Shown piece by piece: positions 17,638 to 26,742 of a stretch of 64,000 nucleotides of DNA. Below the pieces are notes generated by a model. That model was not told the origin of the DNA, searched no databases, and worked only from the letters and a program-made list of their open reading frames with translations. The stretch is from Pseudomonadota bacterium. Its GTDB lineage: Bacteria; Pseudomonadota; Gammaproteobacteria; Steroidobacterales; Steroidobacteraceae. Numbering within the stretch: position 1 is the first letter of the stretch; every line of letters starts with the position of its first letter. The stretch covers positions 14,964 to 78,963 of the forward strand of contig JAEYXD010000014.1 of the NCBI GenBank assembly GCA_023428645.1, given 5' to 3'. A program made the translations under genes and the position numbers.

Positions 17638-18417
17638 GTGGACGAGGATCAAAAGAAGTGGCTGTACTACGCGATCCCGGTCGCGGTCATCGTGGCGCTG
17701 GGGGGTGCGTTGTATTACGGCAAGCGGCATAAAGAAGAGGCCGCGGCACCGCCGACCATGGCCGAAGCACCGCCACCCCAAGCCACGCAGCAACCAACGG
17801 AACACCACCCGATCGACGCCGCGCCCGCGGAGTCGCTGCCGCCACTGGCCGAGAGCGACGCGACCGTGCAGCAATCGCTGTCTCAGGTGTTCGGCAACGC
17901 GCTCGACCGCTACCTCGTGCCGCGCGACATCGTGAAGCACTTCGTCGTCACGATCGACAATCTGCCGCGCAAGAAGACCGCCGTGCAGATGTGGCCGGTT
18001 AAGCCGCTCGGCGGCGAGCTCACGACGTCCGGGGCGAACGAAGTCACACTGGATCCGCAGAACTACGCGCGCTACAAGGCGCTCGTGCAGCTCGCGACGA
18101 CGACGGACACGGGCCAGCTCGTCGCGTTGTACAAACGGTTTTATCCGCTGTTCCAGCAGGCCTACGTCGATCTCGGCTATCCGGAAGGCTATTTCAACAA
18201 TCGCCTGATCGAAGTCATCGACCATCTGCTCGAGACGCCCGAGGTCGAAGGGCCGATCAAGCTCGTGCAGCCCGGCGTGTTCTACGAGTTCGCCGATCCG
18301 AGCCTGGAATCGCGCTCGTCGGGCCAGAAGCTGTTGTTACGCATGGGCAGCGAGAACGCGGCTGCCGTGAAACTGAAATTGCGCGACGTTCGTAGGGAAA
18401 TCGCGAAGCGGGACTGA
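17638..18417 (+). CDS. Membrane-anchored DUF3014-like protein
   Basis: A GTG at 17638 with AGGAG 7 nt upstream is a better start than the ORF-track 17608. It has a single TM (YYAIPVAVIVALGGALYY), a Pro/Ala-rich linker and a conserved C-domain. The DUF3014 assignment is from memory. Confidence 0.75.
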   Translation: MDEDQKKWLYYAIPVAVIVALGGALYYGKRHKEEAAAPPTMAEAPPPQATQQPTEHHPIDAAPAESLPPLAESDATVQQSLSQVFGNALDRYLVPRDIVKHFVVTIDNLPRKKTAVQMWPVKPLGGELTTSGANEVTLDPQNYARYKALVQLATTTDTGQLVALYKRFYPLFQQAYVDLGYPEGYFNNRLIEVIDHLLETPEVEGPIKLVQPGVFYEFADPSLESRSSGQKLLLRMGSENAAAVKLKLRDVRREIAKRD

Positions 18418-18440
18418 TTCTCCAAATCGAGGATCTCGTC

Positions 18441-19532
18441 ATGGGCAAGTGGATCATTGCGTTGACGACCGTGGCGGTGGCATCGGCCAGCGCTTCGACC
18501 TATCTCTGGCGGGAGCTGCGCGCGGAGCGCGAGCAAACAGCCGCGCTGCAGACGCGCATCGCGCAGCTCGAGCAACCGCCCGCGGCTGCACCGCCGATTG
18601 ATCCGGCCGCGGAGTCGATGAGCGTCGACGCTGCGCCCGCCGCATCGACGCCCCCGCCGACACCCGCATCCGCGAAGGCCGAAGCCGTCCTGGCAGGCGG
18701 AGCGACGTTCAGCGTGGTCCCCATGGGACGCCCGATGGATCCGCAGATGCGTCAGCGCATGCTCGAATCTCACGAGCAACAACAGCGCATGCTCAAGGAT
18801 CCCGAATTTCGCGAGCTGATGCGGGCCCAGCTCAAGTTCAACATGCAGCAGCAATATGCCGATCTCGCGCCGCTGCTCGGACTGTCGCAGGAAGAATCCG
18901 ATCGACTCCTGGACGTACTCACGGAGCAATCGCTTCGCAACCAGGAGCACCGCCCGATGTTGGCCGATTTCAGCAACGAGCCCCCGAGCGAAGCCGAGAT
19001 GATCGAGCGCCGCCGCGTGTTCGAGGAGCAGCGCCGCAACAACGAGTCCGAGATCGCCGCCGTTCTCGGCTCGAAATTCAGCGACTGGCAGCAGTATCAG
19101 CAGAACGGGTGGGCGCGCTCGCAGGTCACGCAACTGCGACAGGCGCTGTCGAGCGGCGATGAGCCGCTGCGCCAGGACCAGATCAAGCCGCTCGTCGAGG
19201 CGATCGCACGCGAGCAGAAGCAGCAGTTCGACACCATGGGCGCGATGCGCGCCTACGCGGCGCCGGGTCGTCCCGACGCGATGGCACAGGCGCGGCGAGC
19301 CGAGGAATGGGTGGAACGCACGGCGCAAACCCATCAGCGCATCCGCGCCGCCGTCAGCGGCCTATTGACGTCGGCCCAGTATGAGCAGCTCGAACGGCAG
19401 CAGCAGCAAGAGCTGAAAATGCAGGAGCTCGCCGCGCGGCAGCAACGCGCACGGGCCGAAGCCCAAGCACGCGGCGAGATACCGCCCGATTCGGCGAACA
19501 CGATACAAGCCGTCACCATGTTCCCGCAGTGA
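18441..19532 (+). CDS. Membrane-anchored, Gln/Arg/Glu-rich coiled-coil protein (hypothetical)
   Basis: 363-aa ORF with N-terminal anchor MGKWIIALTTVAVASASA and long helical charged segments. Family not recognised. Confidence 0.7.
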   Translation: MGKWIIALTTVAVASASASTYLWRELRAEREQTAALQTRIAQLEQPPAAAPPIDPAAESMSVDAAPAASTPPPTPASAKAEAVLAGGATFSVVPMGRPMDPQMRQRMLESHEQQQRMLKDPEFRELMRAQLKFNMQQQYADLAPLLGLSQEESDRLLDVLTEQSLRNQEHRPMLADFSNEPPSEAEMIERRRVFEEQRRNNESEIAAVLGSKFSDWQQYQQNGWARSQVTQLRQALSSGDEPLRQDQIKPLVEAIAREQKQQFDTMGAMRAYAAPGRPDAMAQARRAEEWVERTAQTHQRIRAAVSGLLTSAQYEQLERQQQQELKMQELAARQQRARAEAQARGEIPPDSANTIQAVTMFPQ

Positions 19533-19577
19533 GGGCTTGCGTCTCCCCCTGAACGTGCAGCGCAGGTGATTGCCGGC

Positions 19578-19976
19578 ATGAACGAGATGATCGAAGGCGC
19601 CTGTCTCTGTGGCTCCGTTCGCTGGACGTTCGTCGGCCACCCCGACGGGGCGACGGCGTGCAATTGCACGGCGTGCCGACGGTATGGCGTGCTCTGGGGG
19701 TATGACTACGAGAACGAAGGCATCCGGATCATCGGACCGACGACCGCCTTCCGCCGCGGGAAGAGCCTCACGTTTAACTTCTGTGCCACGTGCGGCTGCA
19801 TCGTGTTCTGGCGTGCGCTGCAGCTGGACGAGCAGGGCCGTCGCCGGATCGCCGTCAATCTGCGGCTCGCCGCGCCAGAGGCCGTGGCGGACATCCCCAT
19901 CGACCATTTCGACGGCTTCGAATCGTTCGAGGATCTACCGCGCGATGGTCGATGCGTGAAGGATTACTGGTTCTAG
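19578..19976 (+). CDS. GFA-family (glutathione-dependent formaldehyde-activating-like) CENP-V/GFA domain protein
   Basis: Cys clusters CLCGSVRW...CNCTACRR...FCATCG. Confidence 0.85.
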   Translation: MNEMIEGACLCGSVRWTFVGHPDGATACNCTACRRYGVLWGYDYENEGIRIIGPTTAFRRGKSLTFNFCATCGCIVFWRALQLDEQGRRRIAVNLRLAAPEAVADIPIDHFDGFESFEDLPRDGRCVKDYWF

Positions 19977-19986
19977 GCCTGCCTGG

Positions 19987-20025
19987 GCGCGGCATTTCGG
20001 TTGCCGCGCGCACGTTCCGCGTGCG
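19987..20025. terminator. Two adjacent hairpins between convergent genes
   Basis: GCGCGGCA-tttcggt-TGCCGCGC, then CGCACG-ttccg-CGTGCG. They lie between the stop at 19976 and the rhlE stop at 20030. Confidence 0.5.
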
Positions 20026-20029
20026 GTCG

Positions 20030-21460
20030 TTACGACCCGCTCGGCGAATGCCGCTCACCGCCATTACGACGACGACGTCGACGCCGCTGTTGACCGGTCG
20101 GGGGAGTTCCAGCGCCTCTCTGCCCGGGCGTGCCGTGTGCCTTTTGTTGCGGATGTCCGTGTTGATTCGCTGGGCGACGGCCCACGTCGGCGCGCGGTTC
20201 CGAGTTGCCGCGCTGTCCGGGGTGCGCCGGCTGCGCGTGTGAGCGCGACTGCTGCGACCGGTTCGAGCGGCGTGGGTGAGCCGCGGCGCGCGGATCGCGA
20301 TGCCGCTCGTCGTGCTCGGGCATCGGCGGCGGCGCAGGCGCGAAGGCCGGCGTCGGCGCGACTGGAATCTGCTTGCGCAGCACCTTCTCGATGTCCTTCA
20401 ACAAGCCCTGCTCATCGGCGGATACGAGCGATACCGCGATACCGGTCGCGCCCGCGCGTCCCGTGCGGCCGATGCGATGCACGTAATCCTCCGGCACGTT
20501 CGGCAACTCGAAATTGACCACGTGCGGCAGCTCCTTGATGTCCAGGCCGCGTGACGCCACTTCGGTCGCCACCAGCACGCGAATGCGAAATCCCTTGAAG
20601 TCGGCGAGCGCCTGCGTGCGCGCGTTCTGGCTCTTGTTGCCGTGAATCGCCGCCGCTTCGATGCCGTCCTGCATGAGCTGCTTGGTGAGGCGGTTCGCGC
20701 CGTGCTTCGTCCGCGTGAACACGAGCACCTGCGACCAATCGCCCTCCTTGACCAGATGCGACAACAGCGCGCGCTTCTCTTCCTTGCGCACGCGATAAAT
20801 GCGCTGTTCGACCGCCTCGACCGCCATGTTGCGGCGGGCGACCTCGATCTCGACGGGATTGCGCAGCAGGCTTTGCGCCAGCTCGCGGATGTCGTTCGAG
20901 TACGTGGCGGAAAACAGCAGATTCTGGCGTTTCGCGGGCAACAGCTTCATGACGCGGCGGATGTCGCGAATGAAGCCCATGTCGAGCATGCGGTCCGCCT
21001 CGTCCAGCACCAGGATCTCGATCTGGCGCAAATCGACCGTGCGCTGTTCGGCATGATCGAGCAGCCGTCCTGGTGTCGCGACGACGATGTCGACGCCGCG
21101 CCGCAGCGCTTCGATCTGAGGATTGATGCCCACGCCGCCGAAGATCACGGCCGTGCGCAGCCGCAGATACTTGCCGTAGGCCTTGACGCTGTCGCCCACC
21201 TGCGCCGCGAGCTCGCGCGTCGGCACGAGAACGAGCGCGCGCGGTGCGCGCTGCGGCTGCTCGTTCGCGCTCAGGCGTTGCAACAGCGGCAATGTGAATC
21301 CGGCGGTCTTGCCCGTGCCGGTTTGCGAGCCAGCGAGGATGTCGTGGCCTGCAAGGATTTCAGGAATGACTTTGGCTTGAACCGGCGTCGGCTCGACGTA
21401 TTTGCGATCGGCGAGCGCGCGCACGAGTTCGGGCATGAGCCCGAGAGCATTGAAAGGCAT
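20030..21460 (-). CDS. rhlE: DEAD-box ATP-dependent RNA helicase with an Arg/Gln-rich C-terminal tail
   Basis: Start ATG 21460 (GAGGA upstream). Motifs [18 protein letters not shown] and SAT are present, with a basic low-complexity tail ending in RRRRRRR. Confidence 0.92.
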   Translation of the reverse strand: MPFNALGLMPELVRALADRKYVEPTPVQAKVIPEILAGHDILAGSQTGTGKTAGFTLPLLQRLSANEQPQRAPRALVLVPTRELAAQVGDSVKAYGKYLRLRTAVIFGGVGINPQIEALRRGVDIVVATPGRLLDHAEQRTVDLRQIEILVLDEADRMLDMGFIRDIRRVMKLLPAKRQNLLFSATYSNDIRELAQSLLRNPVEIEVARRNMAVEAVEQRIYRVRKEEKRALLSHLVKEGDWSQVLVFTRTKHGANRLTKQLMQDGIEAAAIHGNKSQNARTQALADFKGFRIRVLVATEVASRGLDIKELPHVVNFELPNVPEDYVHRIGRTGRAGATGIAVSLVSADEQGLLKDIEKVLRKQIPVAPTPAFAPAPPPMPEHDERHRDPRAAAHPRRSNRSQQSRSHAQPAHPGQRGNSEPRADVGRRPANQHGHPQQKAHGTPGQRGAGTPPTGQQRRRRRRRNGGERHSPSGS

Positions 21461-21675
21461 GACGAATTTTTCCTCTACCTGCCTAACTCGAGACGCGGGG
21501 TCCGAGGTCCAGTAGAGGCGGGAGATACGAGTGGCGGTCAACAGACCATTACAACCACGGATATGGACGAGCTGACCGGACGGCAGCTTGCGAGCGCGCA
21601 CTGTACAGAGTCGCCGAGCGCTTTGCACGTCGACCAACGCTCACTTTGCGGCTCGCGAAGGCTTGCGAGTCGGCA

Positions 21676-21897
21676 TCAGACGGCGCGCGTGCGCTCCTCG
21701 CCACAGCGCGTACAGCGCTCCGTCGTGACCAGCTTGCCTTGCTTCACGTCGAACTTGCGTGCGGTCACGACGTCCCATTTGTGAAAGCCGGACGTACACA
21801 GCGTCTTCCCTTCGGCGCGCTTTTGCTTGAACTTGCGGAGCGAGGTGACATTGGACATGGCCGGCTCGTAGTCGACGGATACGTCATCATGACTCAT
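21676..21897 (-). CDS. Small zinc-ribbon-like hypothetical protein
   Basis: 73 aa with C-x4-H (CTSGFH) and C-x2-C (CTRCGEE) pairs. Family not recognised. Confidence 0.5.
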   Translation of the reverse strand: MSHDDVSVDYEPAMSNVTSLRKFKQKRAEGKTLCTSGFHKWDVVTARKFDVKQGKLVTTERCTRCGEERTRAV

Positions 21898-22125
21898 GTC
21901 GCGTCACTTCCGCATGAGCAGGCGTTCGCGACGGACTCGAGCCGCTCGTCCTCGACCCGTACCACGTCGGAAGAATTCGCATGCACGACGGCATCACCCG
22001 GCGCGATTTCTTGAACGGTGTTGCGATCTCGATCGGCGCGCGACGGGCAGCGGTTCGCGCGGCGGCGGGTCTCGCGGCCGTCCGCTGAATCCGCGGCCGC
22101 CTTCGTCTATCGAGGCCCTCGCGGG

Positions 22126-22959
22126 CTAATGCGTCATCGCGTACGTGATGACGTTCACGCCAACCATGTACGAGCGCGTCGAGAACATCTCGAAGTACCA
22201 CTCGCCGTAGGCCTCGCGCTCCCAACCGTCGCCGATGTCCGTGTTATGCGTCGCGATGACGAGCAGACGGCCTTGCGCATCGGCCCATGCGCGCATTTCC
22301 GGATGCTCCAGCGATCCGGGCGGATACTTGTGCGCGCCCGCCGGCTCCGCCGTCTCGCCGCCGATGCTCGCGAACGGCAGCGCCGGAATCTGCGGCAGTC
22401 CATCGTCCAGATCGTAGACGGTATGGAAGATCGGATGATCGTTCGGCAGCACGCGCCACTCGATGTCCGGCAGCACGCGACGCATCACGTTCGCGAACTG
22501 CTGCCACTCCGCATCGCCCCAGAAGTCGTCGACCCACACCGTGCCGCCGTTCGCGAGATAGTTGCGGAAAGCCTCGATCTCGCGATTCGACATCACCATG
22601 TAGCCCGGGTCGGACATGTACAGCAGCGGGAAATCGCCGAGGTCTTTCGCGAGGAACGTGCGGCTCGCCGCTTTCGGATTCACGGAGATGCGCGTGAGCT
22701 GCTGCAGACGCCGCGAGAAGTTGTCGTCGCCCTCCGGAAAGTCCGTTTCCCAACGCGCCCACATGCGGCCGTCGTACGCGTAGTACGCCTCGCCCATGCC
22801 GCCTTCGCTTTCGTAGATCGCGCGAACGAAATTGAGCTGCGACAGATTCGGCATCACGCCGGACCGACCGCCATCGCCCGCGGGGAATTCCGAGTCCGCG
22901 ACCGCCAGCAGCGAGACGAGCGAGACGAGAATCAGTGGGCGTGAACAGACGGATCGCAT
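22126..22959 (-). CDS. Periplasmic DUF4159-domain protein (last gene of the MoxR operon)
   Basis: Signal peptide plus FPLLYMSDPGYMVMSNREIEAFRNYLANGGTVWVDDFWG, the pattern I associate with DUF4159. Confidence 0.82.
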   Translation of the reverse strand: MRSVCSRPLILVSLVSLLAVADSEFPAGDGGRSGVMPNLSQLNFVRAIYESEGGMGEAYYAYDGRMWARWETDFPEGDDNFSRRLQQLTRISVNPKAASRTFLAKDLGDFPLLYMSDPGYMVMSNREIEAFRNYLANGGTVWVDDFWGDAEWQQFANVMRRVLPDIEWRVLPNDHPIFHTVYDLDDGLPQIPALPFASIGGETAEPAGAHKYPPGSLEHPEMRAWADAQGRLLVIATHNTDIGDGWEREAYGEWYFEMFSTRSYMVGVNVITYAMTH

Positions 22960-22983
22960 GACTTCGGCACGATCGAGACTCGC

Positions 22984-25900
22984 TCAGGAGCCTCCAAGTC
23001 GACGGTAGTACTCGGCCACGGCCTCACGATACTCCGTGGAGTCCGCGCTTTGTACTGCCGTCCTTGGCGGTGCGCCGGGATTCGCCTTCTGCACGGCCGC
23101 AAGCGTCGCGAGCTCGAGCTGATCGATCAGGCGCGCAACCGCTTCTGGATGCGTCGCGATCGGGTTGCCCGCCAGTCGCCGCAGCTCGTGCGCCATGCGC
23201 TGCAATGCACGCAGCTCCGCGTCGCTCATCTGACCGCGGCCCATGCGATCCGCCAACTGCTGCACGCGCTCGCTCAGCTCGCGCGCTTCGCGCTGACGTC
23301 GCTCACCCAGCTCGAGAGTTTGCACGGAGCCGTTGCGCAGGTTGGGATTCCAAGCGTCGAGACCGTTCGGCCCGCCACCTGCGTTCGACGGCGAGCCGCG
23401 CATGCCCTCGCGCGCGCCGGGCTGACCCGCGCGTGCCTGCTGCTGTCCGGGCCGATTTCCCTGCTGCCCTTGCTGGTCGCCGCTGCCCTGCTGCTGCCCT
23501 TGCTGACTGCTGCCTTGCTGCTCGCCGTTCGGACCTTGTGCGCTCGCATCCGGATTCGCATCCCGTTGCTGCGGGTCGAGCTGCGCGACGCGCTCACCGT
23601 CGCCTGCCTGTGCAGCCCCGCGCTGCTCGCGCCGCGCCTCTTCCAACGCGCGCCGCAGCTCGCCGATTTGTGCCAGCAGCTCCTCGGGATTCGATTGCGC
23701 GCCGCCGCGCTTCTTGTCGTTCGCCGCCACGACCGCGGCCTCACGCAGGTTCTTTTCCAGATTCTCCAGCCCTTCGCCGATCAGGCCCTCACGCGGCGCC
23801 GCGTCGCGCGCGCGTCCATACAGCACTTCGGCGGCGCTGCGGTTGATACGGAACGAGATGCCCGAGCTTTCGAGCTCGTTCACGATTTCGCCGAGCTTGC
23901 GCGCGCCTTCCGGCGTTTCGCCGCGGTGCTTGTGCACGGCTTCGCGCATCTGGCGCTGCAGTGCCTCCAGATCGCCCGCCATCTGCTGCTTCTCGGCGGC
24001 AATCTCGGCGGCGCTGCGCGGATCGATCGCGCCGCGACGCCGGCCCGCCGACTGCGCCTGGTTCAGCGCCTGGTTCAGATTGGCTTCGATCTCGCGCTGC
24101 TTCTCCGCCAGATCCTGCGTTCGGTCGGCGAATTGATTCAGCTCGTTGTCGAGCGAGCCGCCCTGCTTCGGCCGGTCCATGTGCTTCGCCGCGCGGTTCA
24201 AGTTCTCGCTCGCTTCGCGCGCGGAGCGCGTCGCATCGTCCGAGCGGCTCTGCTGGTTCGCGGCGCGCATGTCTTCGAGCGCGTTTTGCAGCGAGTTGAG
24301 CGCGTTCTGCACCTGACTCTCGCGCTGCCCGGATTGCTGCCCGTTCTGCTGCTGCCGGTTCGATGAATCCTGGTCGGGTTGATTCGCCGACTGGCCGCTC
24401 TGCTGGCCAGATTGCTGCTGGCTGGATTGCTGCTGGCCAGACTGCTGTTGCCCGGACTGCTGCTGTCCCGACTGCTGCTGGTTCGACGCTTGCTGCTGCG
24501 AATTCTCCTGGCGTGCGAGCTCGGCGAGCCGGCGACGCAAATCCTCCGCTTCGCGGCGCAGCTGCTCCTGGCGCCAGCGCTGCTCCTGTTGAGTCATGGC
24601 TTGGCGGCGAGCCTCCTCGGCGAGCTTCTCTTGCCGCGCGGCGAGCTCCTTCAGCTTCCGCAAGGCCTCGTCGACCTCCTGCTGCTTGTTGTCCATCGAC
24701 AGCTGCGATTGCTGCTCGTATTGATTCTTCTCGACATCCATTTCGAGCTCGAACATCTCGGTGAAGTTGCGCGCCGCCTGTTGGCCGCCGCCCGCGCCAT
24801 TCTGACGCTCCATCGACACTTGCACTTCGCGGAAGGCGGATTCGGCGCGCAACAGCTGCTGCAGCGCCTGCTGCTCGATCGGCACGGCCTGCTCGAGCTT
24901 GAACTCGCGCAGATTCTTTGCGGCCGGCTCCATCGTGCTCGCGGCCTTCTCCATGCTCTGCACGAACGCCTTGATGCGCTCGTCGCTGTCGATGGAGACG
25001 CGCGCGCGCGTGCGCTCGGCGACCGTGCGGGCCTGCTCGGCGAGCGTCGTCTGCATCTCCGCCAGCATCTTCGCGTTTTCCTCGAGCTGCTGGCGCGTGC
25101 GCGATTCGCGCTGATCGTTGCGCTGCAGATTCCACGTCGCCAGCAGGATCTCGCGCTGGCGCTCGGAGATCGCGCCCTGCTCGTCACCGGCGCCGCCGCC
25201 GCCACCGCCACCGCCGGCGCTTTGCGTGAAGCGCCGCTCGAAAGGCTGCACCGTGACCATGAACAGGTCGGTCTGCACGGACTTGTCGCGATCCTTCGCG
25301 ACCGCGTAGTAAGAGATGACATCGCCAGGCGCGAGCATGCCGCCGGCCTCCGCTGCGTGCTCGGCGCCGAGCTCCTCGAGCCGCAGCAACGAATCTGACT
25401 TGATGTCCTTGTCGCCGCCGCCGAGCGCGACGGACTGCCACTTGCCGCCGTTGACCGCATAGCGCAGCTCGAGGTTCTGGATGCGGAAGTCATCCTGGGC
25501 CTGCACCTTGACCGGCACTTCCTCGATGCTCGTCGCGCGCCAGTCGCGGCCCGGCTTCGCGATCGAGATCGTCGGCTTCTGGTCGATGACGATTTCGATC
25601 GGATAATCCTCGGTCAGCGCGACGAACTCGTTCGCGACGCGTGCGCCGATGTGATAGCGGCCGGCCTGCTTCACCTCGATATTGCCGACGTTGGCATCGC
25701 CCTGTGTTTCGAGCGGTGCGGCCGCGCCGTCGACGACGAGCGCCGGCGAGTCGAGCGCCGCGTTCGCAAACACTTCGACCTTGACGTTGGTCTCAGCCAC
25801 GGCGCGAATGTCGCGCAGCGTCTCCTCGGTCATCGGCGCGAGGCCGGTCCATTGCGGATACTCGTAAGTGAGTCTGACCTTGTCGATGCGCGGCAGGTCG

Positions 25901-26742
25901 GCGACCGTCACGCCGTGCTCGGTGCTCCGCGCGTTCTCCGCGGCCACGTAGTAGTGCAGTGGACCGCGCAGCGCGTACAGCTTGAACTCGAACACGCGCC
26001 GATCGTTCTCGTCGGTGCGGGCCTGCATCGGCGCTCGCTGCCATTCCTGTTCGTCGTCGAAACGGACGTACACCGTCGCCGCTTCGGGGTCGAAGCCGTC
26101 CGTCGTCGCGTGGATCGAAAAGTCGCTGTTGCGACGAACGACCGCATCGCCGGGAGTCACGACGATCCGCCGCACGGGCACCGCCTCGCGCGGCAGGTCC
26201 GCGCCGAACAGCAGGTGCCGGGTGCCGAAGCCCCAGTGGCCGGGACCGAACGCGACGAGGAACACCAGCGCGATCAGCCCGAGCGCCGCGATCGCCGCGG
26301 GGATCAGCAATTGAGGTCGTGGAATGAGCGTATCGACCGGGGTCTTCGCGGCGATCGACGCGGCGTCCTCGGCGAGCAGATCGGTCAACGGCGAGGCGCC
26401 GACTTCGGCCTCGCGGCGGCGAATGTCGAGGTAGGTCTGAATGCGGCCGCGCTGCTCTGGCAGACGGCGCTCGAATTCCGCGGAGCCGTCGCCGCGCGCG
26501 AGCTTGCGTAACGGCCACCATAGCAGCGCGCCGAAACCGACGACGAGCACGAGCCCGATCAGGATCCGGCCGGTCCAGGCGATCGAGCTGGCATAGCCAG
26601 ACGCAGCGAGCCACGCGACGAAGACGAGGGTGAGGAGGCCCACGCCGCCCGCGACGACCGCGGCCGTACGCATGTAGATGAGCGTACGAATGCGGGCGCG
26701 CAACTCGCCTAAGTAGCTCTCGAGCCTCGCACTGGCATTCAT
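22984..26742 (-). CDS. 1252-aa membrane protein, DUF4175 / TIGR02302-like (N-terminal TM helices, beta-rich middle, coiled-coil and Gln/Gly low-complexity C-half)
   Basis: Its start overlaps the upstream stop by 4 nt. TM segments lie near the N-terminus, and there is a poly-Gly run (GGGGGGGAG) plus QQQSG tandem repeats. Confidence 0.8.
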   Translation of the reverse strand: MNASARLESYLGELRARIRTLIYMRTAAVVAGGVGLLTLVFVAWLAASGYASSIAWTGRILIGLVLVVGFGALLWWPLRKLARGDGSAEFERRLPEQRGRIQTYLDIRRREAEVGASPLTDLLAEDAASIAAKTPVDTLIPRPQLLIPAAIAALGLIALVFLVAFGPGHWGFGTRHLLFGADLPREAVPVRRIVVTPGDAVVRRNSDFSIHATTDGFDPEAATVYVRFDDEQEWQRAPMQARTDENDRRVFEFKLYALRGPLHYYVAAENARSTEHGVTVADLPRIDKVRLTYEYPQWTGLAPMTEETLRDIRAVAETNVKVEVFANAALDSPALVVDGAAAPLETQGDANVGNIEVKQAGRYHIGARVANEFVALTEDYPIEIVIDQKPTISIAKPGRDWRATSIEEVPVKVQAQDDFRIQNLELRYAVNGGKWQSVALGGGDKDIKSDSLLRLEELGAEHAAEAGGMLAPGDVISYYAVAKDRDKSVQTDLFMVTVQPFERRFTQSAGGGGGGGGAGDEQGAISERQREILLATWNLQRNDQRESRTRQQLEENAKMLAEMQTTLAEQARTVAERTRARVSIDSDERIKAFVQSMEKAASTMEPAAKNLREFKLEQAVPIEQQALQQLLRAESAFREVQVSMERQNGAGGGQQAARNFTEMFELEMDVEKNQYEQQSQLSMDNKQQEVDEALRKLKELAARQEKLAEEARRQAMTQQEQRWRQEQLRREAEDLRRRLAELARQENSQQQASNQQQSGQQQSGQQQSGQQQSSQQQSGQQSGQSANQPDQDSSNRQQQNGQQSGQRESQVQNALNSLQNALEDMRAANQQSRSDDATRSAREASENLNRAAKHMDRPKQGGSLDNELNQFADRTQDLAEKQREIEANLNQALNQAQSAGRRRGAIDPRSAAEIAAEKQQMAGDLEALQRQMREAVHKHRGETPEGARKLGEIVNELESSGISFRINRSAAEVLYGRARDAAPREGLIGEGLENLEKNLREAAVVAANDKKRGGAQSNPEELLAQIGELRRALEEARREQRGAAQAGDGERVAQLDPQQRDANPDASAQGPNGEQQGSSQQGQQQGSGDQQGQQGNRPGQQQARAGQPGAREGMRGSPSNAGGGPNGLDAWNPNLRNGSVQTLELGERRQREARELSERVQQLADRMGRGQMSDAELRALQRMAHELRRLAGNPIATHPEAVARLIDQLELATLAAVQKANPGAPPRTAVQSADSTEYREAVAEYYRRLGGS
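24389..24499 (-). repeat. Imperfect 15-nt tandem repeat encoding (QQQSG)n inside the 1252-aa CDS
   Basis: The plus strand reads CTGCTG-GCCAGATTG / CTGCTG-GCTGGATTG / CTGCTG-GCCAGACTG / CTGTTG-CCCGGACTG / CTGCTG-TCCCGACTG. The protein reads SNQQQSGQQQSGQQQSGQQQSSQQQSGQQSGQ. Confidence 0.85.

Noticed and set aside
18441-19532. Possible CpxP/Spy-like (LTxxQ) periplasmic chaperone assignment for the coiled-coil protein.
   Set aside because: Only one exact LTxxQ (LTSAQ) is present, and the rest of the similarity is generic Gln/Arg-rich helix. This is not enough for a family call.
24389-24499. Regular 15-nt repeats could be mistaken for a repeat array or CRISPR-like structure.
   Set aside because: The units are contiguous with no spacers, are in frame, and encode QQQSG inside a long ORF. 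This is a coding low-complexity tandem repeat, not a CRISPR array.
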